Shown: positions 27,290 to 41,930, counted from the stretch's first letter. The stretch is 64,000 bases of DNA from Octopus vulgaris (GCA_951406725.2 OX597822.1:6696001-6760000), one strand, 5' to 3'. A program made the numbers and translations. The notes: generated from the letters alone by a model not told the origin.

Positions 27290-27472
27290 ATATCACAAAC
27301 TAACAATGATGACGATCCACGGCTTCAAATACAGTAAAAACAGCATTTGTAGTATGAGTACTTCCATATTCCTAGTGACGGTCACCGTCGTTGACGTCAA
27401 ATCGTCTTTGTCTTCTTGATCGTCTACTGTTATCACCATTGACGTCGTCGTATAATTAGTAGTGGTATACCG

Positions 27473-27690
27473 GTGGGGCGATGGCAGAATCCTTTGCACG
27501 TCGTACAAACTGCACACAGCAGAGGTTCTTCACGTTCGGAGTTCAAATTCAGCGGAAGTCAACATTGCCGTTCATTATTTAGGAGTCGGTAAAACAAGTA
27601 CCCGTCCAGCATTGGGTATTACGTAATCGCATTATCTCCTTCTGTGACATTGCTAGCCTTGTACCAAAAATTGAAATGATGATGATGCAA
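27473..27690 (+). mobile_element. diverged tRNA-derived SINE
   Basis: GAGTTCAAATTC B box, similarity to the 17109 family, (TGA)n tail. Confidence 0.7.
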
Positions 27691-29567
27691 AGTCGTATTG
27701 GCCTGATTACGTAGGAAGATACATATTGGCAAGAGTACCAATATCGGTATCATGGAGAGGGAGAGGCCTTCATGCATAGACCAATGCTAGAATCCATAAA
27801 AAATATGAAAAATGTGCAAAAAAGCATGTGCAAAATATAGCCACCATAGGCCGGCGGATGTCTTGTATATTTAAGTACATCCTATCCTATCTTTCTTTAT
27901 GTTTCCTCTGATTAAACAATCTGATGAGGGTTCTTTCCTTTTCAAGGCATTAGAATTCAACGATAGAGACTTTGACTGCTAGCTCCTACATGCTGAGCAA
28001 CCATGCAAAAACTTTTTCGTTTAAAAGCAAAAGCACGTAGATCGGGATATACAGAAGGAGACAAATGGTTTTTTACTGCCTTCTGCAATGTTTTGCTTTA
28101 TTACAAGCAATTGGCCCACGTCACTGGTGGAAAATTAACTCTCTACCTCTCAGACCAACTGATGAAAAGAAAACCAGAAAACAAAGAGATGAAATACATA
28201 TTTTCCTGTCATTATGTCCTGTAGTGATCTTTTCGTTACTGGTTGTAAACCAACGCAACTTCAGTACCCACGAAGTAAGCCTCTCCTACCATAAACAGTG
28301 TGTTTATTTGGTTGCGACATAAACACAGTAGAGTGTGATTTACAGGAAATTCAATTTCTTGAAGGTCAGGTGAGATTGAGATTTTGTAATTGTATATTAG
28401 ATATCATTATTGGCACATGTTTTGTAATATACGTTATAATCTTGTGTATTGTAGAATATTGGGAATGAAGTGCAGTATCAAATATAGGACAAGCCAAACG
28501 TATGGGACGATGTGGTTGTAGCGAAACTTAGGGTGTGTAGTACTTAGGTTATTTCATTTCTAACTTCCATATTCACCTCTGTCAACACTCAGAACTTTCT
28601 TCTTTTAATTCTATATTTCCAACCAGTTTCAAAAATTTAGAGCTTTAAATTAAGTACAAATATTTAATTAATATCATTCTCATACGAGTCTATTTTTTTA
28701 AAGCTGGTTTCTCTTTATCAAAGCTCACCAGTAATTTTATTTCATATATAAGCATATATGAAATAAAATTTATATTTTAGCCAACAGTGTGTCCTTCATT
28801 GACATTCGAATTATTTAGCAGACCACCAGCAAAATGTTCGGCTATGGTCATGCGATTAACATTAACTTTTATATATTCTGTATGACCTACTAGCAGTTAC
28901 CTGTGAAGCGGTGTCCTCAGCATACCGGATTTATTTCCATTAACATTTGGAAACATCTGTGTGCGAGAAAGTGTTAAAATAAACGCAATAAAATAAAAAT
29001 ATTTACCATGTTTTAAAGCATATACACCACACTTAACAATGGATAATGGTAGCCAAGATTCAGTAAATTAAATATTTCAAATACAGGCAGATAGCTATTC
29101 ACACATATAAAATCACACACAAACATGAGTCTGTACGTCTGGATGTGAGTATATATATTGATGATTGTGCGTGTCTTTGTGTGAATATATGCATGTGGTT
29201 GTGTTTGTGTGTGATTCGACAAAGCTTATCAACTCCAAATGCGATGAATGGAAGTTTGATGGAAAGAAGAAAGACGAATGCTGTAAAAAGGATTGAAAAT
29301 CCATGCAAAGATAAGTGAATCACAGCAGAAACATGTTAATCCTTTTTATAGAAATTCTACTTAGAATTGAAAACCGTTAATGATTATCACACAATGCTTA
29401 TTTACATTGCTGTATATTAAAATTCTCTCAGTACGCTCTCGGCAAAATCAGAGGAATAGGAATTATAAAACCAAAATGATTTCTAGTTTGGAGATTTAGA
29501 AAATTCTTCATACAATTAATTGAATATGAAAATGAAATTATTTGAAATAAAATAGTTTAAAATTCTA

Positions 29568-29626
29568 TTCACACATACATGCACGCACACATACTCACAC
29601 ACACATATATATACATACACTCACAC

Positions 29627-29669
<43 letters not shown>

Positions 29670-29737
29670 GATATATATAGATATACATACACATACACAA
29701 GCGCACAATCACACACATGTATATGTATACACACACT

Positions 29738-29769
<32 letters not shown>

Positions 29770-29792
29770 TACACTCACACACACAAGCACAT
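29568..29792. repeat. (CA)n/(TA)n microsatellite
   Basis: direct reading. Confidence 0.95.
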
Positions 29793-30152
29793 ATGCTGGG
29801 TCTAAAACATATGCTCCCATGGTTTTAAGAATTTCTTAAAGTTTGACTTAAGTAATAGCGGCAAGGCGATAAAAGATACGTATGAACGGAAATTCTCATG
29901 AGATTTACTGATTAATCAAAGAAATATATTGCTCAAAGTATTTATTTCGTAATAAATGAAAAGCTGAATGAAATTTTGCTTTATAAAATTGTTCTATACA
30001 ACATTGATTTTTCGCAAATACCTTAAAGTTTTATGTTCATTTTTTCCCTTTTGTTATGTGCAGTATTTTATATTCACTGTCGTTATACACGTATGTATAT
30101 TGACATGGCATGTGCTTGGGTAACACTGTATAACTGAATATATATATATATA

Positions 30153-30206
<54 letters not shown>

Positions 30207-30315
30207 ATGACGTCCCTTTCTCTACAGAAAATGATTCCATCAAAAAGCGTGGCAGTATATTAAAAAACCTTTACGGTTGAAATATAAACATCTTATAATT
30301 AAGGGTTTATTTATA

Positions 30316-30377
<62 letters not shown>

Positions 30378-30379
<2 letters not shown>

Positions 30380-30820
30380 TTTATAATTGGGGACTAGCAA
30401 AGATTTCCTTTACCTTCGAATTTAATATTTTTAATATTTAATTTTGTGAAGTCCCATGCTGATGAAGAAAATGTTCGGGTAAAGTATAAATTAAACATTC
30501 TTTGTACCGATCTAATTCCGAAACGCGTACATGGGTAATCTACAATCGATTGATTTTCGTTATTTTCCCTCTCTGCCTACGTGGATTGTTTTCGAGTACT
30601 TTGTTTTTTCCGGGAGTCTCTTTTTAAAGTAGAGGAAATAGCTAAGGTTCTTTGGCTGCTATTTCTAAATTTGGGCATGTAGTAAAGTAAATCTTTGCTG
30701 AACTCTATTATAAAGTATTACTTTAGTTTACCCCGAAATGGTCCTTTTTCATGCCGAATTCTATTTGTTGAAATTATTGATTACTAGTTAATTAATTAAT
30801 TTTACCCTTTGTTATTATTG

Positions 30821-30825
<5 letters not shown>
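30378..30825 (+). mobile_element. Penelope-type terminal remnant in (TA)n with an inverted 5' arm
   Basis: 30378-30415 is an imperfect inverse of 30681-30718; contains a hammerhead; (TA)n on both sides. Confidence 0.7.
30453..30535 (+). ncRNA. type I hammerhead ribozyme (long helix II)
   Basis: CCCAUG/CAUGGG helix I, CUGAUGA, AGAA..UUCC, GAAA-CGCG-UA (palindromic ACGCGU, GUA triplet). Confidence 0.8.
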
Positions 30826-30886
<61 letters not shown>

Positions 30887-31029
30887 CATACATATATATA
30901 TATACATATATATACACAGACATGACAAGTAAATAGACACCTCATATAACACCGTTTTATGTTTATTTTAGCTTGAGAGGGTTTATATTTTTTAATAATT
31001 GAGATTTTCATGTTTCACATTCTAAACGT

Positions 31030-32170
31030 GATTGCTTAATCATGCCACATACAAAAGAATCCATATTGTGGGTCAATCTGGAAGTGGATTTAGCGTACAT
31101 TCACAGAAAACCTCGGGATCCTGCTTTCTACAGTTAATAAATAGATTGTGCAATTCACTAGAGGGGGGAAGGAGTCCACATCACCTCACCTAGGTCGACC
31201 AGAGTCCTCTGACAAGACTCATCGCCTCGTTAAGAGGATAATCCTTATTGCAAGGCCTCTGACATAGCAGAAAAAGTTGATGTCAATCCGAGAGCAACTG
31301 TTGGGTAACTCCACAAACCTGGCTACTTTGGCAGGGCAGCAAGAAGGGTACCATTTCGACTAGCCAATATCCAGAGGAGAAAGGATTCGTTCAGGGAGAT
31401 GGTGGAGGAGCCAGTAGCATTTTGGGACACTGTCATATTCTGCGATGAGTCTAGATTTACTCTATTTTCTGATAGTGGTCCAGTGTGGGTCTGGAGACTC
31501 TTTGATCAAGAATTTGACGGGAACAGAGTGCAGCCAACAATGAAACACGGTAGTTATTCAGTGATATCTGGGAAGCAATTTGGAGCAATGAACGATCAGA
31601 GCTGATGGAGTTTGAAGCAAACATAAACTAAGACAAATACGTGTCCATATTATAGAAAGGACTCCTTCCAATGTTCTCCAGTGGTGAAGTTATTAAAAAC
31701 GACAATTTATTTATGGCAGATGGGGTTCTTTGTCACATAGCTAAACAATATTGGTTGCAAGAGGATGACGACATTAAATAGCTTCAATGGCGAAGCCAGT
31801 CACCAGATATGAACTCAATTTACACACACACACAAACACACACACACACACACATATGCACACACACACACACACACACACTCACACACATACACACTCA
31901 CACACACACATCAGATATCAACTCTATTGAACACCTCTGGGCCATAATGGACTGAATTCTTTATAAAAAGAAAAAAGGAAGCATCCTCAAAGCCTTTTGA
32001 GATTACTCCATGAAATTTCGCAAGAAATTCCTCAAGAAAATATTCGTCATCTGATCAGGAGCATGCTTAATAGAGTCCTTGCATCGAAAAATACAAAGAG
32101 CATGTCATCATATAATAATTAATAAAAAACTTGAATATATAATTTCAGATTTAAATAAATTATAACGGTG
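31030..32170 (+). mobile_element. degraded Tc1 (DD34E-type) element
   Basis: FWDTVIFCDESRF, VWVWR, PTMKHG, FMADG..CH, W.SQSPDMN / DINSIEHLW. Confidence 0.85.
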
Positions 32171-32208
32171 TATATTTACTTCTGTCGCACGCGCGTATAT
32201 ATATATAG

Positions 32209-32239
<31 letters not shown>

Positions 32240-32246
32240 AAGAGAT

Positions 32247-32291
<45 letters not shown>

Positions 32292-33435
32292 GATAGATAG
32301 ATAATTAGATAATAGCGTATTTTAACATCGGAAGCATGTAACGACTAGCTTTTTCTGACCCGTTCTTGTTTCGCACAAAAACATATTAAGCCTGATAATG
32401 ACATATAAGTATATGGGTGCAGATTCTCAACGATTTGTTAATTTAGATCGGACAGCATATTAAACTTATAAATTTGCATATGAATTGCCGAAGATAAGAT
32501 ATTTCTATTAATGACTGCTTAACTATTCATTTACAATGTTATTACACAATATTTCAGGTGCCGTGTGCTTAATTACTCAGAGAGTTAGCTAAATTATCTG
32601 AGGACACACCATGCTGGAACCACCACATTCAAATTTAACAACTTTGACGTCGACAGTATACTGCGCTTTGGTAATTGCCTCTCAATAAATTATTTAAACA
32701 TTGCATTACTTCTTCCTTCATAGCACTTTAGTCTTCACTAGGGATTGGTTTTGTTAATTCCCTTTTCATTCTACAAAGGTAAGGCGTCACACTGTATTGA
32801 AAGGAAAAGACCAATCAAGGGCGTAATCCAAGGTGTTCCGTTTCTTGTGTATTAGCTTATGGATGACAGATGGTGATACAATAAGTATTTGAAATGCTGT
32901 TATCTGATTCATATAAGACGTTGGTAAAAGTCTAGTTGAAAATTATAATAATTTTACAATCAGTTGTATATATGAAATACAATATCGCATCAAATAAGGT
33001 TCTTCTTGTTTTTTCTTTTTGTTTTACAATGGGTTTCCAACTTGATATTGTATATTCCTCGTTCTTTGTTTTATAAGTACAATATGCTTTGTATTAGGAA
33101 AATGCGTCGAAAGATAAGAGAAAAGATACTGTGCAATAACATACACCTTATAACTTCGTATATTCAAACAGATTCAAAACGATGTACCTTCTGCGATTCT
33201 CCAGGACCAAATGAGTCGATGTCTAATTCTGTTGAAGTAAATGAAAGACAAATCAACATTTCAATATTACTCATATCGGCTGTTCTTATCAGCTTAATAT
33301 CTGATACGGTCCCTATTTGGGGCCATCGATATTAAACTGATTTTTAGAACGAGGCGAAGTGTTAGGGGCTTGCTCCGCCTTTGCCACGGGTTGGCCTGGT
33401 ATTGCAGTGCTTCCAGGATTCAGCCCATCTCCCAC

Positions 33436-33581
33436 CCGCACTCTCCTACCCTGATGTAATCTCCAGGGATACAGGCATCCAGCAACAGGACCTCCGTAAT
33501 GCCATGATGGACCGTGAAGTCCGGCGTAGCATGGTAAATTCCATTGTCTCGACCATGGTCGAACAATGATGATGATGATGT
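33436..33581 (+). mobile_element. RTE-group LINE 3' end
   Basis: LSYPDVISRDTG..DLRNAMMDREV..*, (TGA)n tail. Confidence 0.7.
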
Positions 33582-33989
33582 AGATCAGTGGTTTGTAATT
33601 TCCCTGCAAGAGGATTTGGTTTCCTCATTGCAGAGTAGCGTAACGTGTTTAGTGTATATCATTAACATTGCTTCCACTAGTGAGCTTATATTATTTTATG
33701 CAATGTTAACTTAGTTCATCTTACTGGGTCGGACCGTTCATTGGTTAATAACATAACTATAAAAGCTGCTGAGTGACAATAATTCCGAATAAAATACCAA
33801 TATTTCAGCTACCAGTTCAGTAACCGACTGATTTGATTAACTGCAATTTTGCAATATAATTTCAATATCAATGAGAACAAGAATATGCGATTTTTATCCC
33901 TGAACAGAAATAGTGATTATAACAAATACATATAACCCCGGCCAGTCAGTAGCCAAAGAAACATATTTCAACTCAAACCAGCAATAACC

Positions 33990-34432
33990 CGCATGGTTCA
34001 TGGTCTCAAAAATTTGTCCTACGAAGAAAGGCTGAGGACGCTCGACCTTTATTCTCTTGAAAAACGCCGCGGCCATGGTGATCTCATTCTCGCCCACAAC
34101 ATCATAAGCGGGAAGTGTAACCTCTCGAAAGAGCTGTTCTTCGCTCCTGCTCCGGAGAGTCGGCTGCGGGGTCATTCCGAAAAGCTCTACCTGCGACGAT
34201 TTCATCTCAATCGAAGGAGAGGAGCTTTCTCCGTCCGGGTTGCGGATCCGTGGAACAAGCTGCCAGACGAGATGGTGAAGATGCCGACGACCGCTTTGTT
34301 CAAAGCCTCCCTGGACCTCAAGTGGCCTGAACTCTTTACATGAACACCACCCTGTACTTAACTCCATGTCCCCCTACATGGCCTTGCTATTTGCTTTTGA
34401 GCCAAATTAACTAACTAACTAACTAACTAACT
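33990..34432 (+). mobile_element. CR1 LINE 3' end, young and 5'-truncated
   Basis: GLKNLSYEERLRTLDLYSLEKRR..GDLI..RGHS.KL..FSVRVADPWNKLP; (CTAA)n tail. Confidence 0.93.
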
Positions 34433-37400
34433 TTGTTTTTAGTCCCAAATCTCTTGAATTCTACTATTCTACTATTTTTATCACCGGAGGATGAATTTAC
34501 ACAAATTTGTATACAACCTGGAGGAACAAATATAAACCAAAACTAAACACAAGATTAGTTCTAAAACTAGTCCCGTGAGTACCATTCTTTTCACTTGAGG
34601 AGCACACCGCTCCTTCTGATTTGTACTAAATACACTGAACTCTCTAACACCCACCCAGTTATAGCCACGCATTTCGGAATATATCGACACAAACCTTTTA
34701 TATATCAAGTCATTAATAACTGACGTACAGTGTATAATATTGTCCCACTGAAAATGGTCAATAATATTCTAAAACGCCACTGGGTAGAAACGAATCAATG
34801 CACTGATAAACGCTTGGTACACTCACCACAACGATTGTGTAAAAGCTAATGTCTACGGTAAAATCGCTGAAAAATTAGCGTCAGAATCTTTTTACAGATC
34901 TGTAAAACAGATCGAAAGCAAAATAATAGAAATCACAGGATCATTTCATTCTTTACACACGCACATGGCAACACTAGATGCCATACTTGTCAATGGAAGT
35001 ATTGCACCAACTGTCCCAACTCCAAAAAGTCAGGGGTCACTTCAACATCCTCATTGATATCGCTATGTGACCTGCTACTGCCTGCTACTGCTACTACTTT
35101 GGAAGCACCTTGTTTGGCACCACTATGTGACCTGCTTCCACCCAGCCCTACTGTTGCAAGGCAACTTTCACTGGCGCTACAGCAGCAACAACAACAACAA
35201 CAGTTTGCTACTGATATATATATATATACATATATATATACATATATATATATGTACATATATATACATACATATATAGTTGTATGTATATATACAGGTG
35301 CATATATATATCATTTTTAAAAATTGAATCAACAAGGAGTACGGTTGGACATTTATTTTCAATCACTACAATTGTCTCTACGCAACGCAGTTCTCCAGCG
35401 TGCAAGTACTTGATTATACAACCGTTTCCCTGAATTATGAGACCTAATTGTGATTCCTCAGGCGATATGTAAATATTGTCTCCGTAAGTTCAGATTCTTG
35501 TCTTCAAGAGTATCCGCCTTGTCTATCGTGGCCTGGAGCTAGTAGTAGCCACTGAGTTTATCAATGTGTATTTAGTGTGTGTGTGTGTGTGTGTGTGTAT
35601 GCGTGTGTCTGTGTGTGATTGTATGTTTCTTCTGTTTTTAGTCATTTAAATTCTTCCTCTGGAGAAGCTGGTTTGTTACAAAGATATTAAGCACCATCTT
35701 TGGAATGTGGATAACGGAAAGCATGTCGCATTTTAAATCTGAGAACCTCCCCCCCCCCACACACACACACATACACATACACACACCCAGGAACAGATCC
35801 CGTTCATTTACGAGACTAAATGTCGTGATAGTATTATTATTGTGATAGAAATTGAAAAGTTAATAAAAAGAATTGTTAACAAGATTAACAGAGACATTTT
35901 CTCTTCCAATTTCAAACGGAAAATCTGAAAGATTACGAATAACGTAGGTTTGCGGAAAAGCAGATTGAAACGCGTATCTCAAGTTAATGGGCTGCAAGGA
36001 ATTTAATTGCATTTATTACATCTTTTTTTTTTTATATGTCGAAGTAAAACCAGCAAGTTTTATTTTCATTTAAACCAGAAGTAAATTTAAATCCACAGGT
36101 GTGATTTACAAGTGGTTTATCCATTGACATTAATAATACGGATGTTAGATGGAAATATATTGAATTTAATGGCACCATCTTATCTCCTCGACTATTGCAG
36201 TTCTTCAAAATTATAAAGAATATAAACATCGATAAAGTCATGTGATCTTCAAAAATTGATTAATATTGATGACTACATATATAAATACCAGAGATCTTGA
36301 AAGTGCTACATGCAACGGTATTAAACCTTCTACTTGATAAACAATTCAGCATTATCTATAGTGATGTCAAGCCAATTTTCTTGAAGCTTATAGCATATTT
36401 CGATCAAAAGTAGTCGAGAGAAAAGTTCTGAACACTTGATATATCCATTATAATATTTGAAAGATATTGGCCACCTGTCACCCAAATCGACTTTAGTGCT
36501 AATCAACGTTGTAGTTCAATAATCTTTAAAATGATTAAGACAGATTTTGGATTGTGTGTTGCGCTAGTTTAAAGTTTACATCGGTTAAGAACTGCACTAG
36601 ACATTACAGGTCGAAACCCTTGTCGTAACATAGCAATGATTCAATATGTAATTTGCAAAAGGGATATATAAATGTTTCGTGATTCAAATTTAACGCAGGC
36701 TGATTTCCTTCTTTAGAATATGTTTAGGTCACATACTAGTAAATTTGTCTGCAAGCTTAATTAGACTATAAATCAATTTTTTTTGCCTCTGAATATATTT
36801 ATTATTCTAAATACTCATCGTCTCTGTATCACATAGATCGTTTGTAGATGTATGTCTTAGAAACAATTTCGACTGCTTAACCTTTTATCTTTCACAACAA
36901 CAATTAATCAAATTATATGTTATAGAGAATTGATGTGCTTTATACTAGCCAAGAAATAATTATAGTGTTTTATAATTTCCTGTAAGCAAGTCAAAAATTA
37001 ATTTGGAATATAGTAGGCGAAAACGTCAAAGAATATAGAGTACGAATTAGTTGCTCTGTTACTTTGTCCAGTAAACAAAATATATTCCCGAGCAGTAATG
37101 AAAATCACTGCAGTATAAAACCTTTTGAATTTAACAAATTTTAGATTAAACAACAAGGTGGCAAAGACCAAATGGTTAACTTCACAAGTCTTTGTATTCT
37201 GCTTCATGTTAGTTCCATTAAATTAAATTATGTAGATTATGTTTAACAACAATGTTACAGATTCTAAAGCAACAAAAGGTACCGCTGAATAAAACGATCC
37301 GAGATTATAACTCTGTGTTGTCCGATAACTTTTTCTTTCAGAAATAATCCATCCGGTGAGTGAGCCCACTCTTTGCGTCAAAAGCAGTATGTGAACGCGG

Positions 37401-37764
37401 TAATCATCCTTTTGACATCCATCCGCAGGTGAAACCAGAGGGCTTTCTCTTTATAATATCAAAAAGAGCAAGGAGCACCAAAAAGAAATATTAAAAATAT
37501 ATCAACAACCTACCACTCAAATGTAATACAATTTGTCTCGACAAAACTGGCAGTGAAACAACTTGTCCACTGGACTACAGTAAAAATACTTGTAAAAGGA
37601 TTCAAGTGGAAACGTAGTAAATCGTCAATGTACACTAACCAAGATAGGCACATCTTTTAAATAGGTTCATATGTGTGTGTGTGTTTGTGTTTGCGTGTGC
37701 GTGCGTGCGTGAGTGCATGTGCCAATGCGTGTGTACGAGAGTGCTGAACCGGACATCGCTAGAC

Positions 37765-37900
37765 TTATTTTCTATCCCCGCTTTTTTTTTCTCTTACACT
37801 TTACTGTCAAAGAGCGTAGGCTCGAAACGTAAAAGACTTTTCCAATCTTCTCGAGCGTTAAACTAATACACTTGCTTGTTGTTCCTACACCTGTCTCCTA
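37765..37900 (+). mobile_element. short repeat with a degenerate minimal hammerhead (37799-37835)
   Basis: GAGC-gtag-GCTC-GAAACGTA with CTTT/AAAG flanks; 5' core degenerate; resembles the 50165/53095 family. Confidence 0.55.
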
Positions 37901-37931
37901 TTATATATATATATACATATATATATAATAC

Positions 37932-37989
<58 letters not shown>

Positions 37990-38142
37990 GTATATATATA
38001 GTAAAGTCACTTGTCACATCGAAGTGGCCGTTGAATGTCACTATTAGTTTAGCCCCAGACAGATTCTCCGCCAGCTTGTTATTGGTGCATCCTTTATATA
38101 CATATATACAGTCTGTATATATATGTATGTATATATGTATGT

Positions 38143-38191
<49 letters not shown>

Positions 38192-38209
38192 ACACACACA
38201 CACACAGAG

Positions 38210-38285
<76 letters not shown>

Positions 38286-38550
38286 GAAGAGCGAGAAAGG
38301 AAGGAAGAATGAGAGAAAAGACGAGTGAGATGCATAAAACCAGGCATGTTCTTTGCTCTTGAATTAGGATTTTTCATTTTCCTTCACACTTTTCAGTATA
38401 ATAATCCTGCAGCTCTCTGAATGAGTATATATTTTCGAATCATTAAGATATGCTGACTGATATCTTGCTTATGCTATTACTATACATTTCTATTAGAAAC
38501 TGGTGAGCTGATACACAGGTGGGAGTTTAGTTTATACATATATATATATA

Positions 38551-38930
38551 CAAACATATAAGGGATGGCTATAATAGAACATCCGACTTACTAGAAAGAG
38601 CAGCTAAACTCCAAACCACTAATAGTTGTAATTCTGGTAATTACAGTGGTAAATAAATTTAATTTAATTTAATTTATTTACATAAGATTGCCGAAACTAT
38701 GCATAGTACAGAAAGGAAATGGTAAACGTTTTTATTTCTCTTTCCATTTCAGAATTACAACTATTAGTGGTTTGGAGTTTAGCTGCTCTTTCTAGTGAGT
38801 CGAATGTTCTATTATAGCCATCCCTTATATGTTTGAATGTATATTATATAGTCTATTGACTATCTTTTTCTTTCTCACTTGACCGCTGGTAGCGGAGAAT
38901 TTTTCTAGAATTTTTTGCTACCCTAAAATT
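38551..38930 (+). mobile_element. hairpin-type Penelope-like remnant in (TA)n
   Basis: 86-bp arms 38551-38636 / 38750-38835 (2 mismatches) plus ~95-nt unpaired tail; loop holds the 3' half of a hammerhead. Confidence 0.75.
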
Positions 38931-39199
38931 TATATATATATATATATATATTTAGTTTGCTTTTTATAGTTGTTGCGACTAAACTTTTCCAGGAAAGGTC
39001 GACAATATATCTAAAATCAAAAGTAGCAACAGGTGTGTGAATTTATATCTTTATATGTCGAATTTCCCAAAATATAAAAATATCGGATATACTGGAATCA
39101 GCACACAGTTTCAGAAAAAAAATTCGTGCGAAACAACATTTAGCCCTTTTCTTTCACTCCCTGAATCCATAAATTTGTTTTATCTTGCATTTCTTCCTT

Positions 39200-39430
39200 G
39201 TTTCAGCCATTCGATTGCAGCCATGCTAGGCCACTGCTCTGAAGAAAATTTGTGGAATGAATCTATTCAGAAATTATGATTTGTTTTGTTTTGTATTTTT
39301 GAGTTTGCACTTATTCTATCGGCTTCTTTGACCGAAGCGCTTAGTCACGTGATCGTAAACATACCAATACCTGTCATCTTGTAACGGTAGGAACAAACAG
39401 AGGCACGAAGACGCATTCACAAATACACAT
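39200..39430 (-). mobile_element. CORE-like SINE 3' half, diverged
   Basis: reverse-complement similarity to 25100-25270. Confidence 0.65.
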
Positions 39431-39988
39431 ACACGCAAACACACACAGACACATTTATATGTATGCATATGTATGCATGTATATATATATATATATAGGT
39501 TATGAGAGGTAATAGTGTCAATAAGACCGAAAGGTGTCAGGTAATGCTGAGTAAATGCTATGGATAGACCATAGTTAAGCTCCAGGTTCTGTGATTATGC
39601 GAATAAGGAGTCTAACGTAGGTCATATATCAGCATGTGTATATATAGAAAACCTTTTTTCAGAATGAGATAAAAAAAATTAATGTTTTCGATTTCACCTT
39701 ACAAATACATTCCCTACTTTTAGGTCACTTTAAATAAAACCCTCGATTCAAACTCTATACTTCGAATGACTAACTTTAAATTCTATTGCAATTTACAATG
39801 ACTAATTTTAAACATTATTAGAATTTACTCACAAGGTATTGGAATCTTATATGTATACCATTCTACCTAAATAATGGATCTACAAATGCAATATCACTTC
39901 ATATTTCACATCTATTTTCATTCCTCCACTTCAATCTCTATTTCGTATCTTATCTAAATTTACTATTGCTTAGCCATTTTCTCACACT

Positions 39989-40036
39989 GTCTCCGATGAA
40001 GGGATATAATAAATATCCTGGAAACAGCTATAAGAC
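39989..40036 (+). ncRNA. degenerate type I hammerhead at the end of a Penelope-like remnant (~39645-40090)
   Basis: GUCU/AGAC helix I, CCGAUGA core (one change), GGAUAU-aaua-AUAUCC helix II, GAAA-CAGCU-AUA. Confidence 0.6.
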
Positions 40037-40088
40037 CTATTTATAAATGTTCCAAAATCTTCACAGCCTTGTTATTTTATCTCATTCC

Positions 40089-40363
<275 letters not shown>

Positions 40364-40379
40364 CATGCAGGAAATAAAG

Positions 40380-40870
40380 AGACACCTTTCATTTTCAAAA
40401 TCTTTTATTTAACATGCAACACGAACAAATGGTAGGACTACATATAATGGTATTTAGTTGACTTTCCCTTTGCAGTTTTCAATACAGAAACTCTTTTTTG
40501 CATTGAACTGATGAACTTTGTGATTGTCTCTTGAGGAATTTCTGCCCACTTTTCACGTATCAATCAAAACTATTCCTCGAGTTTTTCGTATAGCTCTATT
40601 TAGTATGCTCCAAATATTTTCAATTGGGTCTATGTCAGGAGATTTTTTGATCCCATTTTCAGTCAACCATTGTTGATTCCTTTTCACTCTGTGGCATCGT
40701 AGATACAAAATAAACGTAAATGTTGATGGTATTTATACACACTGTAGTACTGCACCTAATAAATCAAGACAACCGCAGAAATATCAAAACCACAAACACT
40801 GTTAAATGATTACTTAATTTAACTTAGTGAGAATGTTAGAATCGTGAAAATCAACATTAAAATTGAAATT
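40380..40870 (-). mobile_element. Tc1-like fragment
   Basis: SPDIDPIENIWSIL and REKWAEIPQETITKFISSM on the minus strand. Confidence 0.7.
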
Positions 40871-41863
40871 TAAAATTCAGATATAGATATAATCTGATAT
40901 AGTAGTTACGCAGATAAATATTTTCTCAATATATCGTTCTATAAGTGGTGACGAATTAATAAATTTGAAAAGAATAAAAAAAACGAGTGGTTTCACACAC
41001 ACATACACACACACACACCACTCACACACACGCATACACGCACACATGAATATATATAATTTGGCACCATCTGAGTAAAAACCATATAGCGTGTTTTCCA
41101 AAGCTTCTCTCCGCGTATCGGCTACCATATGCTATCACACAGTAGGAATTCTTCTTTTACCGGATATACATGTGGAAATTCGTTGATATCCGTAGAATGC
41201 ATATAAAACAGTTCAAATACAAGATGCGGTGTACAGGCATTAATCCAAATCCTTTTAATTGTTTCTGCTGGTAACTACTGAATGCTTCTCGTATTGAACA
41301 CACTAGTACATTAAAATGATCCAAAGATAACTCTGTACCTGCACGTCTTCGGGTGCGTGACTTCAATAGTACTACTAAATCACCTGTAGTTTTTTATACT
41401 CATATTCTATTTTTAGCATGCCATTGATAAAGAGCAACATGGACACACAGAGATACAAATGATAAAAAATAACGAAAATAAAAATAAAAAAGTATAAAAT
41501 ATATATTAAACAGATCAAAATAACTTAATGGAAATAAAGATTCAAATATATAAAACGTAAAATAAACTTCGGACACAGAAATGTCCCTACTTTCATGAAG
41601 ATAGATGATCGGATTAAGATGTCGCAGTTATACAGAGCGGAAGAATTCCTTATGTCTTGTGTTTATAAGCGTTTTACTTGCAACGAAATCATTTGCGTAT
41701 AGTAAACGTGTTGCCACAAGGGGATACCAATGTGTCTGCCTGTACACTTAGAGTTATCTAATTATAAGCTTAAATTCGGTTGCCTTTAAGTCTCATCACA
41801 GTTGCCATACAAGTCACTATGAGATGCCTGCAATTTTTTACATATATATTCATTTACATTATT

Positions 41864-41930
<67 letters not shown>

